A stretch of 57,647 bases of DNA, counting the filler, from Basidiobolus ranarum (Eukaryota): the NCBI GenBank assembly GCA_040143965.1. It is 6 parts of 6 records of this genome, joined end to end, with 100 filler letters (N's around TTAATTAATTAA, not from the genome) between each part and the next. Parts side by side here need not be neighbours in the genome. Positions count along the whole stretch, not along the records: positions 28,901 to 38,422 come from JASJQH010000814.1; positions 38,523 to 48,039 come from JASJQH010000815.1; positions 48,140 to 57,647 come from JASJQH010000816.1; 3 more parts are not named here. The stretch is one strand, 5' to 3'. Position numbers and translations under genes: made by a program. Under the pieces are notes generated by a model. That model ran no database searches. It saw only the letters and a list, made by a program, of their open reading frames with translations, and was not told the DNA's origin. Position 1 is the first letter of the stretch; every line of letters begins with the position of its first letter. This document shows, piece by piece, positions 36,752 through 48,779 of this stretch.

Positions 36752-37707
36752 TTAACTATAGCTCAATTCCAATGGAGAGGCTCTTACTACTGGCCCAATC
36801 AACTTATGCTTTGTCTTCCTTGACTTTGGTACGATTTTGCATGTACTTAATAAAGCCAACGGGATTGGTATTTTGGATATTCCAAACTTGCTTCATACCA
36901 GCAGGTGGAGGTACGTCAGTTCTTTGGGACCATGACATGGACAAGAAATTCTTCTGAAAATCACAGGATGTCAACCAGCTAGCATACAACTTCGCAGCAG
37001 CTGGATGTTTGGTCTTCTTGAAAATAGCCCCCATTTGGGTCCATGATTGGAAGAAAGTCTTCTTAGGTACAATGGTTGCAAATAGATCTCCGGCTTGTGG
37101 ATTAAGTGATCCCATGGTATTGAAAGTGGCGCTAGAGGGACCATTATTGATGTAGAAAGATGGTGTAAATGTACCACGAACTGCTAACGGTTTTTGAGCA
37201 AGGAAGCGTTTGAACCAGCCCAGACCATTTTGCTTGATCATTAATTTGAAAATAGTTGGCAAATGTTACAACATTCTGATTTCTCTTAGGGAAAACTTCA
37301 GTAAAACTCCAGATTTCCAACGTGGGAAGTTTTGGACGGTTTGTAAGTGAGTCATATCAGGCTCCAAAGCGTCACCTCCTAAGGCAAGTTGCTTGTCAAT
37401 TAATTTCGTTGTAGTACTTGCTGAGATTCCCCGTAATGTTGAGTTTCATTCCAGGAAATTTCTTTTCAAATGCCTTGACCATACCCGCAGCTACATTTGG
37501 CAAATCATCTCCGGCAAAAAAATTTAGCTGTCCCCCTTCTTTAAGTGCAGCCTTATACAGTTGACGCAACTCAATCTCTTCCTTCTTGACATACCACGGA
37601 ACGGAAGGAGCAGCCGCTTTCGTATTGCAAACGGGAGTAGCAGTTACCTCCGCAAATGGAAGTATAGCTACTGTAGCCACAAAGGTAACAAGAGATAAGC
37701 GAAGCAT
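36752..37707 (-). pseudogene. Disrupted secreted periplasmic-binding-protein (PBP2; ABC Fe3+/thiamine-SBP-like) gene
   Basis: Signal peptide; LYKAALKEGG; AFEKKFPG; NLSKYY. A +1 frameshift at ~37402 leads to IDKQL...DMTHLQTVQNFPRWK, followed by an apparent internal deletion, then VRGTFTP and KHPAAAKLYASW. Another frameshift precedes the final IGPVVRASPL. Confidence 0.8.
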
Positions 37708-38422
37708 ATTTGACTGATGAATAAGCTTGAAGTAATGAATATACAGATTGAATACCAACTTTATGGTTTTATAGATCTTGCAGAGATATGGTGCTTACTC
37801 TCAGTAAGTACTTTCAACCAGTCACTGTCTACTACAACATCAACTTGGATAAAAGCTCTAAAAAGAGCAAATATGTTTATTAGATGCATATTAGTTGCTT
37901 CTGATTATTACTCAAGTAAAGTGAAGGATTTCTCCAATGGCTTTGAATGTTGGTCTCTACTGTTTAACAAATGCCTTCAGTATATTCGAATGATAGTTCT
38001 AGGATAGTAATTCTCAGAGAGTAGCTCCGTTATTTTATGCATGTAACCCTATGTCCCAAATTAGGGTTGAAGATCAGAGTGAACGACATATAAACATACC
38101 CGGTTTATTGGACCAAGATTGCGTTTCCTCTATATTATGTGTGTAGCATTCGTACTAATTGACTTGCTAATATCGGCATTTCTTTTCACCTAAACTTCCA
38201 CTGATAGGTATTAATAATGAATGAACGAGGGAATTGACGAGGGAATGAAAGGGTAGACTTGGTTTCTTGCCATCTAGTGCCTTTACCTCTAAATATTATC
38301 TTGCTTCTCTCAACTTCGTTCGATCTCGCCTTTGATATGGATGATGGTATTTACCATAAATGGGAATTGTAAACAGTAGTTGTCGAGTAGTCGGGATCAA
38401 TCATGTTAGAATCTTGGTGGCC

Positions 38423-38522
38423 NNNNNNNNNNNNNNNNNNNNNNNNNNNNNNNNNNNNNNNNNNNNTTAATTAATTAANNNNNNNNNNNNNNNNNNNNNN
38501 NNNNNNNNNNNNNNNNNNNNNN
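38423..38522. other. Artificial contig linker
   Basis: N44-TTAATTAATTAA-N44. Confidence 0.99.
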
Positions 38523-40584
38523 AGAAAGTGGGTCTCATTAGCTAGTAGTAATCGGCCCACTAAAAAACCAACCCATCCTTTGTAGTTACCGCTACACTAA
38601 TCCAAGATACATGTAAGTCTTTGAACATTAATGCGCGTCGTCTACAAAAAAAAATTACACTGCCTATATTCTATTATTACTAAACATGCATAAATTCTAT
38701 TTCTATTTTTAACTCAACCGGTTGGTATCGGATTTGACCGAATTCACTTAGTGCGAAGATTCTGCATGCAAAGTCCGATTTCAAATTGTATTGGATCGTG
38801 GATGGTAATGATCGCTTGTGCGACATTTGGATTTGAGCAATCGTAGGAGGAGTGGAGTAATGAATATAAACGATGCTATTCATTAAGGTTGTTTTCTCTG
38901 GAAGAATTGTGGGGATTTATGCCACTACACAATAATATCTACGGTGTACCCCGGCTGCATTTATTATTGATAGGTACCCTTCACTATTTGTGGCTCTCGT
39001 AGGGAATAATTATCCTCAAATAACACACTGGCTAATCAGAAATTACCTTGTACAAATTAATTCTTTAAATAACCAACCAATCCACTTCGTATAAGCTAGG
39101 CCATGACATACAAGAGGTGATAAGTTTTCGTGGTATCATCGTCTTTCTTGGGTCAGACCAGATGAGTACGAAAGTCATTCTAGAGATATGTTGTAGGGCA
39201 TTCACGTAATCCAGAGCAACGGTGGCCATCAGTGCGATACCTGATCATGCCTTGATTAAGCCTCCTGAACGGGTGGTGCTCATATTGGAAATAAAATCAT
39301 TTGATTCCTTCGACTCCACTTACTCTTGCATTGCATAGTAACAAATAAACCTCTGGATATACTCGCCAGCACTTCTCATTCCAATTTCAGAGCCGCAGTC
39401 CTTGCGTATTGTGCCAATTTACAGGACTCGTGATTGGTAACTAAAAATACAATTAATTCGCTGCAAGTTTAGCAAGAGCGAGTTGGAGGGTCGGTAATTG
39501 GCAGCTCTCTTGTCCTTGAGAGCATTTTCAAGATATTAAAATTTAACCTTACAACTCTCATTTACAGATCCATTTAGCGGAGCCAATCAACAAAAGCACT
39601 TAAATCTCAGATTTCTATGGGTTGCGTAACAAAGTATTATTAAAAGAATCATATATATCTTCAATATAAATGTTGGCGAAAAAGAATTCCCGGTTGATCA
39701 GGATGAAATGTTTTCCCAGTGCAAAGTCGAACAGGGCTTGATTATCCAATACTGTGCAAATTACTATTATGGAGCTGCTATCATCTCATTAGATGCTACT
39801 GCCCTTTCCTGACGTTAGTTTGATTGCAATTTCTAATCAAGTCTCTGGCCATGGCCCCCACATCATCAAAGATGGAGGTTGGCTCAACCCATAACCAGGC
39901 TATCTCCAATTTGCGATGTTGGCTTGCGCATAGTCTGTGTTTTCGATAGTTCCATTCTGTTGTGTGTGCCAGCCCAGTTATCGCCCATATTGACGTCAAA
40001 TGTTAGGCTGTTCATGACATGACACAGGCGGTATTTTCATACCCTAGACTGATAGAGGGGTTGGTGTTAGAAGATCGTATCCTTAACATCAACCGTTCCA
40101 GATTCATTTGGCTAATGAATGATCCTTTTTGAAACGACTCAATTATCAGTTAATGATTTAGTGAGCAAAAGGTCAGCAACCATTATGGACCTCCAGCAGC
40201 TCATCTAATCTTTATGTTGCATACCAATTGTATTCAAAAAGGGATGGTATTAAATCGAGTATGACGATGCTTAATTAAAATAAATAACGCCAATAAGTGA
40301 TACCAGAATGGTGCTCAATTCAAAAAGGAAAAAGCATCACAGGTGTATTTACTATACTGGTTTACAACATCAATTCATTACAGAGATACTATTACTCGAC
40401 AGGAGAGTAACTGGAATACAAAAATAGTTGCCTATTTTTTCACAAGTCCCGATCTGAATCATTCCAAAATGGAAATGGTGGACTTGAGTTGAGATACAAA
40501 AAGGCCGAGATGCTCGACATCAATCCACAGGTTCACTTTCTCTTTTCCACTTCTACAGATTACAATTTGTGTTGTTAAAGTAGT

Positions 40585-41850
40585 ATGTTCTCTAAAATTA
40601 CACTGGCTGTAGGTTGTGCTCTGGTCGCTTCCACTGTTTCTCAAGAGGGCGCTCGATACGCTTCCCCCTATAACTTCCAAACTGGATATCCAGCTATTTG
40701 GAAGAAGGCTGATCAGACAACCTTCAGTACTCCGGAGTTCCAACAGGTTTACAATTCCATTGACTGGACCAAGGTTCCCAACATTCAGCCAAAAAAAATG
40801 GATGCCTCCGGTGCATTCATCTCTTCTGACTACCCTGCTAGCGATCCTGACTGTTGGTGGACTTACCAAGGCTGTGTAACTCCTAAGGCTCAGAATATTC
40901 AACCTGATATTGCTTCTTGCCCTGAGCCTGAAACTTGGGGATTGACTTATGATGATGGACCTAATTGTACTCATACTCAATTCTATGATTTCTTGAAGGC
41001 AAATAACCAGAAGGCCTCTTTGTTCTTCATCGGCTCCAATGTTGCTGACTGGCCTAGAGAAGCTCAACGTGGTTTGACCGATGGACATCATATCTGTGTT
41101 CATACCTGGTCTCACCCTTACATGACCACTTTGACTAACCAAGAGGTTTTAGCCGAGCTTTACTATACTACCAAAGCTATAAAGACTGTTGTTGGTATTA
41201 CCCCCACTTGCTGGCGTCCTGTAAGTACATTATATTCATTTTTTCAAAAATAGCCAGTTCACTAAATCGATATACCTCCTTAGCCTTATGGTGATGTTGA
41301 CGATCGTGTTCGTGCCATTGCTCAACAACTCAAGTTAACCAACATTATCTGGAATCTGGATTCCGATGACTGGCAAATGGCCCCCGCTGGTAATCTTCCT
41401 GAATCTGCCATCGACCAAAGATTCCAAAACTTTGTTGACATGGGTAAGAACGGAACATTTGCCACATCCGGAGCCATTACCTTGGAGCACGAGTTGAACA
41501 ACGGCACTATGACTATGGCTGAGAAATGGTATCCTCAACTGAAGCAGGCATTCAAGCATATTGTCCCAGTCGCTAGTTGCATGAACATCACTACCCCTTA
41601 CGTTGAGACCAACTACACCTACCCCGATTTTGCTCAATATATTAGTGGTAACATTAATGGCAATACTAATGGTAGCACTAGTGGATCCAAGACTAGCAGT
41701 GCTCGCAGCTCTGCCACCGCTGGATCTCTTACTGGTACTGCATCCAACAGCAACGCTTCCGAGGCTAGCACTAAATCCGGGGCAGTCAGCAACCTGGTGA
41801 ACATTGGTTTTACCATGTTTGGTTTGGTTTCTGTTGCCTTTTTATTATAA
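40585..41850 (+). CDS. CDA: Chitin deacetylase (CE4), secreted, probably GPI-anchored; one intron 41221-41283
   Basis: TYDDGP, HTWSHPY, WRP|PYGD, DSDDW and LEHE motifs; signal peptide; Ser/Thr-rich tail and hydrophobic C-terminus. Confidence 0.96.
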
Positions 41851-44091
41851 TGGCATTGGTATTGTCCACTGTCTCTTCACTAATATTTATTCTCATTTTA
41901 TATGAATTTTGATCATACCACTATTTCAATATGATGAAATTTAGCACTTAAATTATTGTCCTCAAACCAAAATGATACTTTTGATTGATAGTCTTGCTAG
42001 TTTTAACCCTCCTGTTTGGAGGCAACATGTACTCCAAGAGATCTTCTTGATTGTATTAATGAATAAAATGAAGTTCGCCAATCATTATCCTTATAATTCG
42101 CCATCCAAGCGAACAATTCATAGAAAGAAATCAACCATAGATAGCCACCTACAGCTAGAGAAGTACGAAAAAGGCAATTTCTATCACCAAAATCATGGCG
42201 ATATACCAGTTTAGGGAATTGCCCTCAAGCTTCGGTTTCGGTTGTGACAGGAGTTACTTGTACTGCATGTTTCGAGTAAATTATTACTATAAGGGAAGGG
42301 TATGGAAATATGGCGTTGACTACTATGGTTAACAACATCTCTGGCAAAAATATCCTTACTAAGATAATCCTTTCCTACTCTACCATCCTGCATTAATGCA
42401 TGTGGTGCTGATAGCCATTTCTCTATAGATCGCGGGGTCGAAGTAGCCATGTTCAACCGAACTATCCATTCGTTCCGAGCTTCACCCACCATTAGTAATG
42501 ATCCTTGTATACCGGTAGTGGGGCCCCAAGATGGACCATATTTTCAAGAGCTGAAGGTTTCAACCGCCTTTGATGAATGTTTCTTTCGTTGGTCACGTAC
42601 ATAACATAATATCGATGCTCAGTCTAAATACCCTACTACAGTAACCTGCTAAGAATTTACCACTCTGTTCGAGGCAAACTCATATTGTGAAAAGGTTTCC
42701 TACAAATGCTTAGCCCACCAATACGGTTGAATTCAATAACTTGATTTCAGATGGCCCCTCACTTTCAATGCCAGGGAACTCCAAGGGTTGTAATCAAACA
42801 AACTCCTGAAAATATTCACTAGAATGAATTCCTATTCGTTATCTTACTTCTACAGAGTATTTGATATCCCCGTGATCACAGTTCACTTACAAAACATATC
42901 CTCGAAACATCTGAATCAATTAGTTATTTCATCGACGAGACTGCATATCCTCCTAATTAGGTAAATAACATGGGTTTTGTGGCAGTGAAAAGGTCACGAT
43001 AACAAATAAGAGACATTCACTAAAAGTAGAAAAATTGCCATGAAATTGTGTGATAATGTTACAAATTCCATTAAGAAATTCTCGCTTCAACTCAACAGTA
43101 TAGAAAGAATAACATTTGTAGCTTACATATTCCAACCTTCCTATCCGCCTAAGTACTCATAATAGAACTCCTATGAATCCATTGTATTGCCCAGATTAAG
43201 AATCTCCCTATTTCAATGATAATACGATTTGTCTTCTCACAATCAATGGACGCATTGTTATACTATACCCTGATGATCTCTCTCATGTCTTGAAAGGTAA
43301 GCACTTTCTAACTTTTGCAGATTTGACAGCCGATGTGTAACAATGGTTTGTAATCATTGATATCGCTAGGTTTGGTGTGAACTTGATGACATCGTTTGCA
43401 CGTAGCGTATGAATTGGAGTATCATGGGCTATTTTGCACCATCAAACATTAGTTAGCATATGAATATGGTTCCTGATTATTTCATTTATATGACAATGGG
43501 TTACGTATTGAACGATACTCTTTATCTTTGTAGATTAGGATGGTTTTCGGCTCGATAGATAGCGATCTGACAAAAACCAACTTCGAGCCTGGTTCTCTGA
43601 TCAATAGACTCGTTACTCCGTGATAATCTCTCCATGTGCCACATCCACACGTGGGATTACTACTAAAATCGAATTCCAACCAATATCGCACTCTTCTCCC
43701 CCGAATCTCTTACCATCGATTAATCCAGGTGTTCAATTACTAGTGTATTGCAGCTTTTGACATTTCCTTTAGTAAGTAGAAGTTGATTGTTTTACTTATT
43801 CATATATTAGATGTAGGCTTAACAAGTGATATATAATTTTTAGTCATTTCACTTTTTCGAAAATATATCTGATTCAAATTGGAATGCTGCACTATTTTTG
43901 GAAATAAACTAATTGCTTCATGAATCCTTGGTGAGCTTAGAAATTTGGAGATAATCCTAGTATTCTGTGTTGACTATTCTCAGTATCTGTTAGATATACT
44001 AAAGCTGCAATATTCCACTAATGGGGAATAAAGGATGGTGTTACCACTGAACAAGAGTATCATAATTATCTCTTGCAAGCTGCCAACTAAT

Positions 44092-44356
44092 TGTTGAAAT
44101 TAGCATTGCCTATGTTAAAGTATTTGGGAGCCTGTTGGAAGTGGTTTGGAGAATTAGAGGAATTGGTGGTTTTCACTTATTGAGTTGACATTTATAGTTT
44201 TGTCAAGATGTAAACAAACCAACGTGTAGAATGTGTTAAGGAAGGTCCCAGGAACATGTGTGCAAAGTTTGAGGCTTCTTTGAAAAATCTATATATCTGA
44301 GAACTTCTAAGTAAATTCCAATTGAGAATAATTGGTAATATCTTAGTGAATTATAA
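44092..44356 (+). mobile_element. Truncated LTR copy (44113-44356) abutting a 21-bp inverted LTR end (44092-44112)
   Basis: tgttgaaattagcattgccta is the reverse complement of the LTR 3' end. It is immediately followed by tgttaaagtatttgggagcctgttggaagtgg..., which matches 5993 onward. Confidence 0.85.
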
Positions 44357-45176
44357 CCATATACTAGGCTTTGGTAGTGAATTGTGACTACTATGTCAAT
44401 TGTTGAGTACCTATCTATTCACAAGCATACCTGTAATGTTTCAGAATGCTATTCCTATTTCTTTTTTCCAAATTGGAACTTATATTTGGTTCATATTGTA
44501 GATATTTCACCATCAGCAAAGCTAAGGCTCAAACTTTAAAGTGACTAAAGCTGATGCCTTACTCTGTCCATGTATGATACTGTCTAAGAACTAAGCTAGC
44601 AGCATAATATATTGAACCCTGATTGAAATATATTGGGCTTTGCAAGCATAACTTGGCTTTTATAAGAGATATCTGATTTAGTAAAATATATTCAGCAAAA
44701 TACATGGAGTATACAATAGTTTTGCTACTGAGAAATATTGTGTTAAATATTAGATTTCCAGTCTCCTTAAACTTGAAAAAATAACCAAAAAGTTATGGTT
44801 TAGAGGATATTCACAATTGTTATAAATGTTTGGAAATTTCTTAACTCTACTGCAATTAATGTCTATGATTTTAGTTTTGTGCTTAATCAATGACCTATGT
44901 TGGTATTGGAAGTACTATTATCTTTACTATAGGTACTTGGGATAAATGTTAACATATTGGACTGAAGTACTAAAGTATACCTATAGCATGTTTAGAATAA
45001 CAGATGATTTTATCTACAGTATTTTTGAGTTCAAAACTTTAATGTCCAGCTTATATGTGCTTTGGTAATATTGAGAGAATCTTCAAATTCACCCAAAATT
45101 CTCCATACTTTTTGCCTTACTTCCTTAGCAAGCCTACAAGTTCAGTTAAGTAATTACTTCTCATCATTTTCGATAT

Positions 45177-45509
45177 TGTTGAAGTATTTTGAGAGTTTGT
45201 TGAAAGAGGTTTGGAGCACTAGAAAAAAAATATGATGGTTTCAGTTATTGATACATTGAGTAGAAAGTTGACATTTATAATTTTGTCAAGAGGTAAGCAA
45301 AAATAAGTGAAGAATATGTTAGAAAAGGTTCCAGAAACATGTGCACAAAGTTAGGGCCTTTTAAGACCAGTTCTCAAAATTCATATAGCTGAGAACTTTG
45401 AAGTAAATTCCTCTTGAGAATAGTGGGTGATATTTTTGTGAAATATGGAATAACTGAATATCAAGCTATATATGGCTTTATAGATGTTTAGGTTTTGCTA
45501 ATTTCAACA
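45177..45509 (+). mobile_element. Solo LTR (333 bp), more diverged member of the same family
   Basis: TGTTGAAGT...ATTTCAACA with 5-bp TSD GATAT/GATAC; colinear with 5993-6320. Confidence 0.85.
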
Positions 45510-47141
45510 GATACAAGTATTCACAAATATTATACACCAAGTGCAATCTCCTCTGTTGTATAATTATTTCAAATTTATCTCCAATATTGATATCAGAAAG
45601 AGCTTACCCATGCTGATATGTTAAGAATAAAGCATCAAAAATTTGAATCAGTAAATAAAAAGCACCAACATTTCTAAAGTTTGAAGCAAGTTGTGAATAA
45701 TGATGAGGATTCTATCTTCACTCAACACTAAGGCAATAAATGTAAAATCTGATCTAATGTTGATTTTGAAATAGTTTGGAAATAAGCATAGCACTCGATC
45801 TATATGACTTCAATATGCACGGTAATATATATAATAAATATGCAAACATAGCATCTTTCAAATGGCCAAATATCTCCCAACCACCTCCGATGCATTCGAT
45901 TGCAGTTTTTTCACTTAAAAATAACCGTTCATTTAAATAAATTCAATTATAATCTGCCATGTTCCTAAATATAAGTCGAACACCATTTCAATTATGATGT
46001 CTCGAATTATGACCAAAATGTTCACGTAGCACTTTATAGCCTTGCGTGCCATCAGTGATGGTCATAGTTGGATTTCTGTTGTTTCATATTGAAAATCGAA
46101 GAATCTGGATTAGATTGTTTCAATATCACAGTTGTACAGTTGGTTGCAATTCGACTCTTTCTAAGAAATCCCATGACTGATTAATTGAGCCAAATCTTAA
46201 GGTCATTTCCATATATTTTAGGAAAGAGTTCCATACAAATATCCTCGAAACGTTACAAATAATGGGAACGCCTAAGTATATGGGACGAATTGGCAGTGTA
46301 TATGAAATAGAGGATTGTAGCCTGTTCCAGAGGAAGATTTAGAATCTGCAGAGAGTTAAGAATTTGTTTGGAGAGTGTTGTACAATATATACTCAAACTA
46401 TGTATTCCTAATTCAGCTTCTGCGATACTCTGAATCGAAGCAATAATCAATTAGCTGAATTGTAATATTTAACATCATATATCGTTTTGGAATAGCCAAG
46501 TATTTCCTTTTGTATACTCACTCCTCTGGTGGCTCATATTAATTCAGTTACTATTGATAAGGATACTCAATCCAAAGAAATTCTGCTGCCATGGCGTGGA
46601 TAGATAGTGCTAATTTATGCCTTTGTAGGCCCAAAGCAGTTACTACTAAAGAAGCTACATAGGGCTAAATGGTATTACCACTTAGGAGTGGGAGTGAAGC
46701 TTCAAGGAGCTGTTCCTAATAAAGCTAATTAAGCCAATAGAATATTACTTATACATCATCGTTTACTAGTAAGATTATTAATGAGTCAGTTATACTAATC
46801 TGTAAACCTAGGCTATCACCAATAGTCCCAAGGATACTTCAAGGAAATGTGCAGCTGTTGTATCAGGCAAGGCTTGTTAGATTAATGGCGCTTATAAATC
46901 ATACGCTATAACAACCCATTTATTCTTCAATCCACTAAGCGTGACTTACCGCTAGCGATTTGATGTTAGGAGATGAGATCTTCCAGCTATCTTATTCGGA
47001 TTATATATATATTTATTTGAAGAGGTATCGTAGGGAAATTAACTTTGTATAGGTACTGCTACAGGATACACTTGGAATATAATAATAATAGATGGACAAT
47101 AGATTCAAATCACCCGGTCACGTATCATGTGTAGGGATTGA

Positions 47142-48039
47142 CTACGCAGAATTTTGGTTGAATTTAGTTGGTAAACTTTCGATTTCGTGGTGATGATTTT
47201 CAGATTGAACTAACAGCTCTTCGTAAACATCTGGTTCTTTCCATTTTCTTAGCGTCTTGGTTAATTCATACTTTTCTTGATCGGTTTTCTGCATGACAAT
47301 AAATTCACAATGCCGAAGATTATCTTGACTTTCAAATTCTTCTACTGAGTGACGGAACCATCTCATAACAAATAACCTTGCTAATAGTCCATGGGTCACT
47401 AATACCAACACCGACGGAAAGTCGGGCTTATCAAAGGCCCGGTGCAAACTTTCAATGAAAGTGCTCATCCTATCGTATACATCTGCACCCGATTCACCAT
47501 TTGGAATCCGATAATAGCTTTAATAGAGTTAGAAAGATGTTATCATAGTAAAAGTCAATAAGAAATCCTTTACAAGTGGCCATATTTCTCTCGTTCTTCA
47601 CAAATTTTTTTCATGATTTCTGGAGGTGCTTGAAAGTTTCCCCAATCTAAGTACAAGTAAGTAAACTGAGTTGGTTGAAACAAGGGAAATTTTTCAAATA
47701 CCTTGTTCACGTAACCTAGGCTCCTCAAATACATTATATTCAGTCGTGGTTAGTGTGGTAGAAAGCTCCTTGAAAGTTTGTCGAGTTCTTAAATATGGGG
47801 AAACATAAAATTGAATCTTATCGCTTGACGTTATCTCTTCTTGAACCCTTTTCCCAGCTTCACGAGCTTGTTCAACCCCTTTTTTCGTTAACCGTATTCT
47901 ATGGTCTGGTACTACACGATGAATAGACTTGTCCAAATTGGCTACTGACTCCCCATGCCTTATGAGGATAATTTTACGTGGTCGCTGTAACGAAAAACTG
48001 GTGCTAGAAAATGAAGAACTCCCACGGGGAGGTACGCAG
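47142..48039 (-). CDS. DET1: Histidine-phosphatase/PGAM-family broad-range acid phosphatase (DET1-like), 5' end cut
   Basis: RPRKIILIRHGES; YVSPYLRTRQT; EEPRLREQ|DWGNFQ; YYRIPNGESGADVYDR; VLVTHGL; RWF. Confidence 0.88.
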
Positions 48040-48139
48040 NNNNNNNNNNNNNNNNNNNNNNNNNNNNNNNNNNNNNNNNNNNNTTAATTAATTAANNNNN
48101 NNNNNNNNNNNNNNNNNNNNNNNNNNNNNNNNNNNNNNN
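48040..48139. other. Artificial contig linker
   Basis: N44-TTAATTAATTAA-N44. Confidence 0.99.
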
Positions 48140-48779
48140 TGCTACGATCTTCAGCAGGCTCTCTTACGCCACTCTGCTCCCCCGCAGGCTCGCTTGCAAC
48201 CCTCTCGTCCGCTGCCGGCTCTCTTTCAGCTCTCTCTTCCACAGCAGGCTCTCTTTCAATCCTTTGTTCCACTGATTTTTTCTTTTTTGCTGGCTTTTGG
48301 TTTGGCAAGGGGCTATGTTTTTGTGGGGCCTTTCCTATATTTACGCCCTCTTTGATGTGTACCAACTTACCTGAACCAAATTGACCAATATTCTTCTTCT
48401 TTGGCTTCGGCGCTGGAGGCGGTAAGTCAATGTTTAATCCACCAAGATAAATCTCACCAAAGCCAAACCCTCCCTTGCCCCTGCCCCCTATATCGAAATC
48501 ACCTTTTAGGATAGTTCCTAAATTACCACCTCCCTTGGCCATAAAGTTTCCATTGAAGCCACCTCCCAACCCTTGAGTGAGTTTCAAGCCTAGCGCAGCA
48601 CGTACGCGTCCTGCAAAGTCACCGGAAAATGCTGACCCCTCTAAGAAATTTGTGAGAGTTTCTCTAATTAAAGAGTCACGCATTTCTTCAGGTTCTTCAT
48701 TCAGCATTCCTTGTCCATTAGGCAGAGCGAAGGTGCCTGAGCTAAGCAATAGCATCCAAAGACTTAAGGAATACAGCAT
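48140..48779 (-). CDS. Secreted Gly-rich/Lys-Pro-rich protein with 10-aa (30-bp) EPA repeats, 3' end cut
   Basis: Signal peptide MLYSLSLWMLLLSSGTFA; GxG-rich block; repeats QRIEREPAVE/ERAEREPAAD/ERVASEPAGE/QSGVREPAED run into the contig edge. Confidence 0.75.

Noticed and set aside
40459..41142. 227-aa minus-strand ORF
   Set aside because: Antisense shadow of the chitin deacetylase exon; no recognisable motifs.
43150..43300. Possible cytochrome P450 exon relic (ILYPDDLSHVLK|gtaagc)
   Set aside because: One short resemblance with no downstream P450 motifs.
44560..44760. Possible Tc1/IS630 DDE relic (NP/IEIYWA after a frameshift)
   Set aside because: Needs a frameshift and matches only a few residues; not enough to annotate.
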